The notes under the pieces are model-generated. The model was not told where the DNA came from. It saw only the letters and a list, made by a program, of their open reading frames with translations, and ran no database searches. The position numbers were made by a program, and so were the translations under genes. Below are positions 23,352 through 35,594 of a stretch of 64,000 nucleotides of DNA, one piece after another (positions within the stretch are counted from its first letter, which is position 1; the number at the start of each line of letters is the position of its first letter). The stretch is from Basidiobolus meristosporus CBS 931.73 (taxonomy: Eukaryota; Fungi; Basidiobolomycota). The stretch spans positions 1 through 64,000 of the forward strand of contig MCFE01000205.1 of the NCBI GenBank assembly GCA_002104905.1, in the 5' to 3' direction.

Positions 23352-24085
23352 AGACTTGTTCCGTTGGACAGTGCCACATTGAGCCATGAGTGCCAAATGA
23401 TGCCATAGTGTGCCAGAGAGGCCAAGTGAGCCTCTACCTGACCACAGAGTGTGAAACATAGCTCTGCATCCTCATGCAAAGTAGCCCCTGTGTTTCACCT
23501 ATTGTGTTGGAGAAAATCCACTTTTTGACCTTTTTTTTTGCATCAATGTTGTGCAGAATGTGTTAGAGCACAAGCAGATTGAAGATATGCATCTGGTACC
23601 CAATACCCATGGCACTCTGAATCTAGCTCCTGTAGCTTGTATCTTGTCACAAAAATGAATGGCACTATCTTGGTCCACTGGTACTATCTGGCACTATAAG
23701 TGCTTTGTATAGATCTTACTTTAGGTCTAATATTTAAATATAGTGCCAGATAGTACCAGTGGACCAAGATAGTGCCATTCATTTTTGTGACATGATACAA
23801 GCTACAGGAGCTAGATTCAGAGTGCCATGGGTATTGAGTACCAGACGCATATCTTCAGTTCTCCTGTGCTCTTACACATCCTGAGCTACATTGATCCACA
23901 AAAAAAGGTCAAAAAATGGATTTTCTCCTGTGCAATGGGTGAAACACAGGGGCTGCTTTATATGAAGATGCAGAGCTATGTTTCACACTCTGTGGCCAAG
24001 TATAGGCTCACTTTACCTCTCTGGCACACTATGGCATCATTTGGCACTCATGGCTCAATGTGGCACTATCCAATGGAACAAGTCT
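23352..24085. mobile_element. Palindromic (foldback) MITE, copy 1
   Basis: Ends AGACTTGTTC...GAACAAGTCT; ~340-bp imperfect inverted arms around a ~50-bp AT-rich spacer; TSD ATT; removing it restores copia RT NNLET-LEETK. Confidence 0.88.
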
Positions 24086-25289
24086 ATTGGAAGAGACTAA
24101 ATCCAGCCTATCTAAGGAGTTCAAGATGTCCAATCTAGGAGAACTTACTTACTACTTAGGGATTAGGTTCTCCATAGACAGAAGCACCCAGACTATCACC
24201 CTAAGCCAGTCCAAGTATATTCAAGATATACTAAAGAAGTACCAAATGGAAGACTGTAAACCAGCAGCTACCCCAATGGAGACAAACCTTAACTTGGTCA
24301 AAACTCAACCAAATCAAGAGAGCTTGATGCCATCTGAAAGCCCTGACTTTCTTTATTTATATATGGTCAGCAGTTTGATGTATATCATGCTTGGAACATG
24401 TTCAGATATCTCGTATTCAGTGGGAGTTGTCAGCCTACATAATCAGAACTATGGATCTGATCATATTGCAGCAGTTGAGCGGATTTTTAGATACCTAAAA
24501 GGAACTGCTGATATCTGCTTAAGATACACTTATAATGATTCAGAACAGGATCTTGTAGGATACTCTGATGCTGATTGGGGGCAAAATTTAGAAGACAGAA
24601 GATCCACCACTGGATACACCTTTCTTTACTGTAAAGGAGCAACTTCATGGAATTCAAGAAAGCAACCAACCGTAGCACTTTCCACCATAGAGGCAGAGTA
24701 TATGGCAGCCTGTGAAGCTACAAAAGAGCAATGTGGTTAAGAAAGCTTTTTACAGATTTAGGCCTATGTCAAAAAATGCCTATTACTTTATTTCAAGATA
24801 ATCAAGGATGTATGCAATTAGGTAGGAATCCAACTTTTCATGCTAGAACCAAGCACATAGATATTAGACACCATTTCATATGTGAAGCTATAGAGAATAA
24901 CCTAGCTAGCTTAGTTTACTTTCCTACAGATGAAATGATTGCAGACGTATTCACCAAACCATTAGCTAGAGACAAGTTTGAATATTTTAGGTTAAAATTG
25001 GGACTAGTCAGTATGAACATTTAGCTGAGTGGGAATGCTGTAAAAATTTGTAATTCCACCTATATTTTCACTTAGAATATTTTCACTAAAATACCAGTAC
25101 TCTATGTGTTTCTTATGCCAAGACCAGGTAAAAGTATAAATACTACTTTTACATTCAATAAATCATTAAGTGAAAACCACATAATCTACTTGTTCTCCCA
25201 ATCACTTCCAATATCTCCAAGACTCTTACAACACACTAGAGTAGAGAGACTCTAATTATCTTGCTATGAAGCAATCTTGACTAATGGGG

Positions 25290-25990
25290 GACTCAAGATT
25301 AGATTTTTGTCATCATCTGATGCAATTGTTAGGAAAAATTTTATCTATCAGCAATTAGTTTATACCTGGGCCTGATCAGCTTCTTTGCTTTAGTACCTCA
25401 GAGTCTGCCTCCCCCAATCACATTGCAGTAGCCCAAGAATATTAATCTTACACCTTTTAGCTCATTTTTTGACTGGTATCAATGCACCATCTTGCCACAA
25501 GGTGTGCTACCAAATATTTTAGGTGCTCAGCACTTGGTTTATATCCATACCAGGCCAACATTGCAGTAGAACTACCAAGTATGCTGCTACAACTCCCATT
25601 TCTATGATATACACCTGTAGCAACTGACTCCAATTGAAAATCACAAGTTAACTCTTGATCATGGGTTATAGACCTTGACATATTGATTGATAGTATATTT
25701 GCATACTCTAACACTCCATTTTGCTGTGAAGACTGTGTTGTAATGGTTTCCTGCTTTATCCCATGTTCTTTGCAGAAGTTTGTGGGTAGCTTAAGAATAC
25801 ATAATCCTATATTACCTGGGGTTATTTTTGTGAGTTTTGTTACCAGTTTCTCTTTCCACCATTGCATTCAGCTTCCTGATCTTAGGAAGAGCTACTTTTG
25901 TTCTTGCCATGGACTAGCACCATTTGTATATAGTATTATAGACCATTTCTGTTTCATAGTGCCACATTACATCATGGATGCCTAATACCA
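25290..25990 (-). mobile_element. Decayed copia integrase fragment
   Basis: KEHGIKQETITTQSSQQNGVLEYAN...WYGYKPSAEHLK is homologous to the integrase at 21931-22470. Confidence 0.7.
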
Positions 25991-25999
25991 CTGTTAGAT

Positions 26000-28000
26000 G
26001 CTGGAGAGGAATAGTAGACCTATACTTGCAACAGATGTGAGACATAACTCTAAATCTTCATGCAAATTAGCACTTTTATGTACCAATTGTATTGCAGGAG
26101 ATCCATTGTTTTTCTGTTCCTTCAGAATTGATGATGTGGATTTCCATATGAGAAATAATTGTGATGATCCTATCAAAAGGCTGTCACCAAGTTCAAATAC
26201 TATGACTAAGAGGCATTGACTTCATGAGGACACTGCGTAAAGACTGTTAAAAAATTGCATCTCAAGTTCCACAAAAAACTTGGTCAAAAATCTTTATTGC
26301 AACAATACATAAGTGGCTTATGATTGGTTTTATGCCAATTTTCTCACTTTCTGCTCCCAGACACTCCATCACTTTCTACACTTGTGTACATTGACTGGCT
26401 ATTGCCTCTTTTTTACAATCCTTACTTCCTGACTCAGCAGGATTGAGATTGAGATATGGTAGTACCTGCACTTGACTTGTCATTATATCTCCTAACACAT
26501 CTCTTCCATAGAAAACTCACAAAAGGTGAAGCAAGGTCCAATATTCTCAACACATCAAGCAATATGGAGCAGCAAGTGGATACAGTAGCAGTAGAGATCA
26601 ATATGCTCTGCTTTATATTTATAGTATAGCTGGTCAAATCTGGTCACAAACTCTTCACACAAGAGCTGTAGATGTTTCATGTTGGCATTGGTGATCTGCT
26701 TCTGGATTAGTATTCCTACAATGTCCACATATGACTCCCAATGCTTCCAATGCACTCTTCATAGAAATGGCTTCAGAAGGCCACTTGAATAAATACATAT
26801 CCAGTTCATGCAGTTGTTGTACTTGTATTATTGCATATGCATATGAATATTGATTGGAGTCTGTGAGAAGTACTCAGAGTAGCAGATACTTTGTAATATC
26901 TTGCAAATTCTTTGGAATTTCTCCAGTATCTTAAAGGGCTCATTTAGCTTGAAGTGCCCCATGTACAACTTGGTTATCAGTGTAGAGATATTGTTGAAAA
27001 GCAAGTGCATTGCTCCTAGTGGAAAGCTTTTGCTCAGACAGATATCCTTTATCTTGAGTATCTCTTGTTTCCAATTAATTTCATATTCCAGCCAATGGCT
27101 TAAAGTCTGCCAACTTTGCTGCAATTGCATTCTAACTCTGGTATGTTCTCTCTGTGTAAAGATGATGTACTTGGAGTTGGTTTTTGGGTCTGATATTAGT
27201 GGATATGGGCCACTTCTATAGCCTCAACATCACACCATTCACCAGTAATTGTATTACTAGGTTCACTTTGCTCCATAAAGTATCCTTGGCATTTTTTTCC
27301 ATGGGTGTTGTCTCATTGCATAATGCAACTTTGCTGGGCTCATGCAGGGTACTGTTGTTGATGACAAAATGCTCACAATTAATCAGTGAGCTGCTTCTTC
27401 AGAGCTATCACTATGCCTGCTCTATTCAGAGAGCTGAGGTGAGCCTAAAGGCATCACAACTCTCATGACTCAGTTTGCACAAGGTGACAAGTACAGCCAG
27501 ATGCTTTTGTAAAAGTATCAAGTGGCTGTCAAGATATTGTTGGTACAGTAGTGACTGGTGAATGGTCAAATATGACTTGTGTGGCAAAACACTGGCTGTA
27601 ATCTTTGTAACACTTCCTATGCTGTCTGTGTGCTTGATTGCCAAAAGGCTTGCTATAATAGCTACATGATCATTTTCTCTTCTCCTACAACATTGAATCA
27701 AAGCAGTCTTGTCAATGAGGCAAACAGTTTGACACTCAACAACTGAACACTATTGTATCACTTTTTTTGTTAATACTCATGTAAGTTTAAGAGAGTCTTG
27801 TATTTGAGATATTGCACCAACATGAATGTAAGATGCAATGATGACCTATCATAGCAAGCATTATAAATAAAGTCTTTGCATCACATACACACATATGTAA
27901 CACCATTTCCCCTTTGGTTTGACTCACTTACATATATATGACACAAAAAATAAAGCAATGTTGTCTGGTTCTGTTGTGTTGTATTATGATTAGTTTGGGG
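26000..28000 (-). mobile_element. Decayed CACTA/EnSpm-like (Tnp2-type) transposase region
   Basis: HWKHWESYVDIVGIL...FVTRFDQLYY...CIHLLLHI and LGAMHLLFNN segments; homologous to 58600-59300 and 62600-64000; boundaries approximate. Confidence 0.65.
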
Positions 28001-29145
28001 CTTGTCTACAATGTAGAGGCTAATCAACAATATACAACAACTTCCAGTATGCTAATACTGAAATAGTTTATTGGGAGTTTGATATACCAACAGAAGATAT
28101 AACTTTCACTAATTTCCTCAATCTTAGGCTCAAAATATACTGTAGGCAGTGTTTATCACTTCTACAGCAGTGTTCTGACCTTCTGTTGACTAATGGGCTT
28201 ATTTACTTTTATGGTAACTTTTCCTTATTTGGAAGTCACTTTCCTTTCTGAGAAAATATTTCCTAATATGAATATTCTGAACTCCCCTTTAACCTGAAGG
28301 GGTGTGTTGTAGAAGTCTCTAAAGGGGTCTTTAGACCTAAAGGGGTGTCTAAAGGGGTGTCTTTAGAGTAAAGGGGCTTCTTGTAGTGGTCTCTACAGTG
28401 GACTTTACACTAAAGGGGTGCCTAAAGGGGCTTCTTTAGAGTAAAGGGGTTTCCTAAAGGGGACCTTTCCAACAGAAAGTGGTAGTTTCTTGTAGAACTT
28501 AGATTGGATTCTTGTGAGCTTTGCAGTTGCTTTACTGATGTAGTACCAATCAAAGTCAGAATACTCAACAGTGCAAGTGATGCAGGGGAAGTCTTATGAC
28601 CTTTAAACTTGTAATTGTAGTGTGGAGATTCTGGAAAGAGAGGCTCTCTTTTATTTTTCAGCTGGGGAAGTCATATATATATGAAAAGTTTGAAGGATCA
28701 AAGTTTTTGGGCAATTGCACAAGCAATAAACATGATATGAAGCTAAATTTTGCATTGACGCAGATCAGACATAGGCGCAGCACCTGTGAAAATATCATGT
28801 GATTTGATTGGCTGGCTCAAAAGCTACATGTGATCAAAGTCACCCTAATAATCCTAGCAATAAGGCATAGTATATAATAATTGGACTCTTTTGGTCATAA
28901 CTCCTTAAGTACTGCTTCAAATGAGCTGTAATTTAAAACATGTGATGGCTACTACGTGTTCTGTATGACATAATATTCATGGGTGGATTGCTTGTCAGGG
29001 TCTGGAGCATTTGCTCTTCAAAGTTGGAAATTCTTGATCTTTCACTTGTGTGTTACAATAGCAAAAAGCAAAATAAAGAAATGAGTGCAATATTGGTTTA
29101 GAGATATTGTAGTAATGGAATACTTTCCATTACCACAAGTCTCCC

Positions 29146-32100
29146 CTAACTTTGAGAAATAATGCCCTCATTATTACTTCTCATATGGAACTTCTTCAAT
29201 CTGTTACCAGGTTGTGTCAGTGCAAGTGGTGTACTGTCAAGTTCTGCTTGTTTGTAAGATCCATTTTTGTTTGCATGTATGATCTTGTAGGGACCTTGCC
29301 ATTGCATATCCAGCTTGGATGCCTTGTTTCTTTGGCTTTTTTTGTTGTGAAGTAGTATCAACTCACCTACTTCTAACAATGTTTTTCTTAGGCATTTTTG
29401 AGCGTCAAAGTACTCCTTGCCAGCCATTCCAGATTTCTTCAGGTTTTCTATTGCATTCTGTTGCAGAGTGTGTGCTTGTTAAGTCTGTTGTACTCTTGCT
29501 AGCAATAGCTCTGATGTTGTCATGGTTGGTTTCCATGGAAGGGTAAGCCAAATCTCAAAAGATATGTTTATCGGCAAAACAGCTTCATGTCCATATATTA
29601 AAAGAAATGGTGTATACCCTGTACTTCTTTTAACCGTAACTCTATTAGCCCAAATTGCTGCATGAAAGTTATTTGCCCACTTGTTGGGTTCTTCATAGCT
29701 AAGCTTTGCTAATGTGTTTGCAAAAGCAGAATGTCCACGTTCAACTGGTGAATTTGCTTGTGGGTGATATGGCATAGTATGTATAAGCTTGGTTCCATGC
29801 TTTGTTGCTAGTGCTTGTATATCATAAGATCCACATTCTCCATTGTCTGCAATAAGGGTGCCAACTGAACCATGTCTGAGATATACATCTTCTTTGAGAA
29901 ATCTTGCTACTGCTTTTGCATTGGCTTGTTTCAGCATTCTAGCCTCCATCCAACCAATAAAGTTATCACAACAGTCCACCACATACTTATACCCAGCTGT
30001 TGCCCTTGGTAAATGTATAATATCTATATGTGCAATATGCCAAGCATAAGATGTGTATATACTGTGAAGTGGTTCATGCATCTTTTGGTTGTCTCTTCTT
30101 TGACATGGAATACATGATTTCACATATTCTTTTATGTCAGTGTACAGCGTTGGCCAAAAATACCGTAAGGAGATTTTTGCATATGTTGATGTAATTCCCT
30201 TGTGACCTCCTGATTCAGATTCATGCAATTCTTGAATGATCTTCTCTTGATCATGCTTGTTATGTATATACCATCAAGGGACTCCATGTTTGCTTTTTCT
30301 GAAAAGTGTGCCATCATGCAGTATAAACTTCAGAGCCTTCCTTTTAAAATATGTGCATTGATTTGTGGGAATATCAGCAGGAACTTTGAGTGATATAAGA
30401 AATTCCTTGATTTGTTGATAATTGCTTTGTATCATATGTCTGAATGAGAATCCAAGACTAGTGTTTTCAAGAAACTCATCAATCTCATCATCATCAGTTG
30501 AGTACGGTGAATTTGGTTGCTTTCTAGATAAGGCATCAGGTCCTTTGTGATTGGCTCCTGGTATGTGTTGCAGCGTAAAGTCAAAGATCTGGATGTATGA
30601 TATCCACCATGCTAGAATAGGATCAGGCAAAAGCTCCAACTTATTCAACATTCCTAATAATGGCTTGGCATCAACCTCCAGTGTGAAGTGTACTCCTAAT
30701 AAGTATGGCTTTAGCTTTTTGAGTACATAGAGTACTCCCAGTGCTTCTTTCTTGATAGATGGTTAGTTAAGCTCATTCCCTTTGAATAGTCTACTAAGAT
30801 ATTTCCAAGGTTGTCAATGATGATCTTTTGAAACTTGAATCATGATTCCACCAACCCCAATTCCAGAGCTATCAACTGATACAATGATTGGTTGTGAATC
30901 AATAGCACTGTAGTCTATAGCTGCTAAGACAGGTGGCTTTGATAATCACTCAAGCAATGTCAACATAGCATTTGCCTGTTCTTCATGCCATTCAAATTTC
31001 TGGTTTTTCTGTAATAACTGAGTCAGTGGCTTAGCAATTTGAGCATAGTTTTTGATCCAGATTCTGAATAGACCAGTAAGTCCTAATAATTGTCTGACTT
31101 GATGAATATTCCTTGGTGGCTTCCAATTCAGTGCCAATGAAAGTTTTGCAGGATCAGTCAATCTCCCTTTTTCAGTAACAAGTTCACCTAAAATGATTGC
31201 TTTGTTGTAGCCAAACTTGCATTTGGTTCCTGATACAGTCAGACCAGAAGCTTGAAGTTTTTTCATGACCCTCTCAACAGTGCATATGTGATCATAAACA
31301 TATCTTCTTACTTGAGGTAAGTCATGCAATGTATCTTTTTCTCTGGACTTATTCTTAACTGCAATGTCATCAAGAAATGGTTGGCATATTTCAGGGAAAC
31401 AGTCATCCAAAACTTGAATCATTGCACGTTGATAATTTTGGACAGAGTTTGTCCATCCTTGAGGAGTTCTTGTCATCCTTATGAGTCCTATTGGTGTATC
31501 CATAGCAGTGAAATCTCTTGAGGTAGGATCCAGAAGTATTTGGTCATATCCTGAATAAAGATCCAATGTTGTAATCAGAGGATATCCAGTAAGTGACTCA
31601 ATATACTCATGTCATATGGGTGGATGCATAGCATCTTTAATGGTGACCTTATTCAAATGCTGTACATCTTGCATAAACCATAGACTTCCATTTTTCTTCA
31701 ACGGTGTAAACCAGGGATTGCAATAAGGTCCATAGCTATATTCAATGACTCCACTTTGAAATCTTGATTGTAGCATTTCAATTACTTTGTTCAGTAATCT
31801 TGAGGGAATTGGATATGATCTCAGTGCCCATGGTGTATGTTCAACAGTATGGATCTTAACCAGTGGAAATAGCTCTGTGGATAAACATCCTCTTTGTGCA
31901 TCATTAAATGCAAAGACTATGTCATAGCATTGTAGCATAGTCAAAAAGAGACTTTTCTCCTCAGTGGAAAGAGTAGTCCCAATAGCCAACTCCTTGAGCT
32001 TCTCTTCTGTGAGTCTGATTTTGTCATATTTGTGCAAAGGCTCCATTTGAGGATTGTTGTGGGCAGATGGTGAGATTCCAGTAGATACTGGCTTTGCTTT

Positions 32101-32640
32101 CAATGCAACTGGCTTATACTTGGTATTTGTCTTACTTGTTGTTGATGGAATGAAGTGTTGATCATAAAACAAAATATCCTTATGAACCTGTATGTTTTGT
32201 ACTGGAATGGAGTCTGCATTACTTGGATTATTCTCTTCTGCTGCACAAAAGGTTGCCCTTCTTTTTTGATTGTCAGATGTGATTGTCAGCCATAAGCTTC
32301 CATCAGGTCTATTGTCAGCTTGTAGAAGAGATTTTCTCTCATATGGTTGTCCCAACAATACCTCAAAAGTGGGTCCATTGGTAACAATGAAAAAGGGAGA
32401 GGTAACCCTGATTCCTCCAATTTCAATTGGTACAGAGTGACAAAGTCCAAGCATCTTCTCTGTTGCACCTGTAGCAGTTCTCATATTCCAGTCAACTTCT
32501 GTTGATGGCAATTTGATCTTTTAAAAAGTCATAGTGGTGATAGCATTGATTTCTGATCCAGAATCAAAAACACATTCCACTTCAACATTGTTGATTGTGG
32601 CAGCATAGCTTCCTGTTGTAATAGAGCAAAAGACTTTTTC
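29146..32640 (-). mobile_element. Decayed Ty3/gypsy pol (PR-RT-RH-IN), related to the Gag-PR-only element
   Basis: VFDSGSEINA protease; NPWFTPLKKNGSL, MDLYSGYDQ and PFLDDIAV RT; IFDFTLQHIPGANHKGPDALSR RNase H; HESESGGH..CIPC zinc-binding region and AHIDIIHL, ADNG, YHPQANSPVE integrase; several stops and frameshifts; 5' end missing. Confidence 0.88.
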
Positions 32641-32644
32641 CACT

Positions 32645-33990
32645 TCAAATTGTAGTTGTTCACTTGAAAGATACAAAGCAAGACTTGTGGCCAAAGGATA
32701 CTCTCAGACAAAATGACTTGACTACATTGAGACCTTTGCATTGGTAGCTAAGTTTAATTCCATCAGATTAATATTAGACTTGTTCTGTTGGATAGAGCCA
32801 TTAAGAGCAATGAATCACAAATAATGCCACAGTGTGCCAAAGAGTGAAGTCAGTATATACTTGGCCGTAGAGTGTAAAATGTAGTTCTGCATATTCATGC
32901 AAAGCAGCCCCTTTGTTTCCCCCTGTATGCTAGAGAAAATCTATTTTTTGACTATTTTCTTTTATTAATGCTGTTCATAATATGTGGGAGCACAAAAGAA
33001 CTGAAGGAATGCACTTGGTACTCAATACCCATTGCACTCTGAATCTAGCTCCAGAGGCTTGTTACCTGTCACAATAAAGCATGGCACATCTTGGCCCACA
33101 TATACTATCTGGCACTATATTTGAATATTAGCCCCAAAGTAAAACCTGTATAAAGCACTTATAGTGCCAGATAGTGCAAGTGGACCAAGATGGTGCCATG
33201 CTTATTGTGACAGGTAACAAGCCTCTGGAGCTAGATTCAGAGTGCCATGGGTATTGAGTACCAAATGCATTTCTTCAGTCCTTCTGGGCAAGTACACATC
33301 ATGCACAGTACAATCCCAAAAAATGGTCATAAGATGGACTTTCACAAAGAGTGAGGGTAAAACAAACAGGCTGCTTCATTTGAAGATACAGAAATATGTT
33401 GCACATAGCGTGTAAACAAATGGGCTGCTTTACATGAAGATACAGAAATATGTTGCTAACAGTGTGTCCAGGTGTAGGTTTACTTGGCCACTCTGGCACA
33501 CTATGGCACTATTTGCTACTCATGGCTCAATGTGGTACCATCAACCAAACAAGTCTATTAGCTATTGCAACAAAATGGAAATTTTGATTCATCAAATGGA
33601 TATGAACACCGCATTTTAAATAGGGAACTTGCTGAGTACATATTCAGGGACCTGCCTGATATGTTTACAGACTAAGATAACCCCCACTTGATCTGCAAGC
33701 TAAAAAAATCTCTATATGAACTCTAACAACCATCTATAGCATGGAATTACAAGATAGATACTTATATTAATTGAGTTTCCAAAGGAGTTATGCTGACTGT
33801 GGTATTTACTATTAATCAGATAGAGCAGATCCAGTTCTATTAAATCTATATATTCATGAGCATATCATAGCTGCCAATGACCTTGACTAATTAGAAGAGA
33901 CCAAACTTGACTTATCCAAGGAGTTCCAGAAGTTCAATCTAGGGGAACTCAGTTACTATTATGGGATACAGTTGCAGACACACCAGGCTT
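32645..33990 (+). mobile_element. Decayed copia RT fragment carrying MITE copy 2
   Basis: [13 protein letters not shown]...KFNSIRLI|LAIA...LICKLKKSLY...LEETKLDLSKEF. Confidence 0.78.
32776..33556. mobile_element. Palindromic MITE, copy 2 (more diverged, spacer inverted, internal ~50-bp duplication)
   Basis: AGACTTGTTC...AAACAAGTCT termini; TSD ATT; removal restores RLILAIA. Confidence 0.82.
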
Positions 33991-35594
33991 ATTCCCTTGT
34001 AGAGTGCCTCATAGGGTCATCTTGTTTATGGTGATGGATTGATCTGGCACTATAATTTCTACCATGATGCCAGAGGTATGATACATCTGGTTGTACTTCT
34101 ACTAAATCTTACTTATGCTGCTCAGAGTTGTGCTTTTCTTAATTTATGTACTGTACTGCTCCAGATGCATTTTCTCAGTGAATGTCTTCTTGCATCAATA
34201 TACAGTGCATTAATTAGTATCTTTGTTACTTTACCTATTCTGCTGATTTCCCCTATATATGACTTTCCTCTGTATTGACCAGCCAATATGCTGAATCTCA
34301 TTAGAAGTTCCAAATGTATGCTCAATTGCCACTTTGAAATGATTTAACATCTCATTGTAGAGAATCTGCTTCCTGCTAAGCATACCATTCCTTGTCCCCC
34401 TATAAGCTATAATATATCCTTATGTCACTATTTTCTCTCCAACATAAGCTAAATCAGAGATACATATCTCCCCTATGCAGAGTTCTGGATGATTTGGTAC
34501 CCAGAGTACTTTGTCATGCCTACTTACAGCAAATGGCCCACTAAACCATATGATGTCACCCTTGATGTCAGAGAGAGCTTGAAACAACACACAGTGTGCC
34601 TTGCATTTGCCAGAATAGAAGTGCCTCTGCCCTCTAGAAGGTCTGTTAATCCTGACTGGGAAGTTATCAAAATACCCTGGGTATGGAATCTATTGCTGAA
34701 CACTCTGGGATATGGCAGTCTGTAGGCGCTTCTGAACCTAGTATTCAAAGCTTGTTTTAAATTGTTGACACTCTTGGCAAGGTGGCTTTCCATTGTTGCC
34801 AGCTGGAAAGAAAGCTTCTAGGACTTATGTTGCCATGGATTGTGGGATGAAACCTTGCAGGGCAATAGTTCTAGAAATAGCTGAGAAGATTAACAAGGAG
34901 TCTCCTTGAGTTATGGGGGTAGATGGTCTGCAGTACTTAGTGTAGATCTCTTCTAAAGTGTCAGAAGGATATCCAGTGGTAGTGATGAGATTGATGAGAA
35001 AAGATCATTCAGATGAGCAAATCATATTGGGATTGGTAAGTATTGTGCAGATGTGGTTTGAATCCACTTGGCACAACCTGCTTAATTTATCAGCTTTTCC
35101 ATTCCTTATATTAAATTTCCATCATTTGCCATGTATGTAATCAATATGTTGCAAAATCATTGGCAAACCATGACTTAGCAATTTTATTGATGATTTACTA
35201 AAAATTTTATTGTCAAATAAGAAGTTAACAACTGAAGTGATGGATCCATGTCAATGCAATCCATGATGTGTTCTGCATAATATATGGAAAACTTAACAGT
35301 CACATAAGTTTCACATATATCTCATATAAGACCGGTTGATGGCAATATATTAATGTATAAGTATCTAAATCCATCACTATGGTCCCTATGCCAAGTCTCA
35401 GCTAATCTTTAGTACAACCCAGACAATAACTGTGCCCCATCTCACTAGTGCAGTCCAGCCTGGAGAAGAAAAATGATGGATCTCTTTGAGGTTTTGCCAA
35501 GTGATAACAGTGTGGTCCAAATGTCTATTATGAGCCTTGATGCAGATACTTAGGCACTACTTCTTTGTTTAGCAGAGCAAGGTACTTAAGGGTT

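Larger units (their letters stand above)
16351..25233 (+). mobile_element. Decayed Ty1/copia element (LTR 16351-16699, gag-PR-IN-RT-RH, LTR 25036-25233) interrupted by two younger insertions
   Basis: TG...CA LTRs; GGTTATGAGCCC after the 5' LTR; gag (SNYQVWKVKMKMLL); WYIDPGASQHFT protease; HSDLCGP, SDNGGEY and PQQNGVAE integrase; [12 protein letters not shown] and YVDD RT; GYSDADW and RTKHIDIRHHF RNase H; purine tract before 25036; many stops and frameshifts. Confidence 0.92.

Noticed and set aside
23620-23830. Repeated GGCACTAT / ATAGTGCC units suggesting a CRISPR-like array
   Set aside because: They are the two arms of the palindromic MITE; no repeat-spacer periodicity, eukaryotic context, no cas genes
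23350-24087. TA target duplication (Tc1/mariner) for the MITE
   Set aside because: Leaves three extra bases at all three sites; a 3-bp ATT/AAT TSD restores the hosts
16346-25238. TSD for the first copia element
   Set aside because: Flanks CTCTG and CACTA do not match and the LTRs differ in length (349 vs 198 bp); may be old or recombinant, so no age or TSD claim
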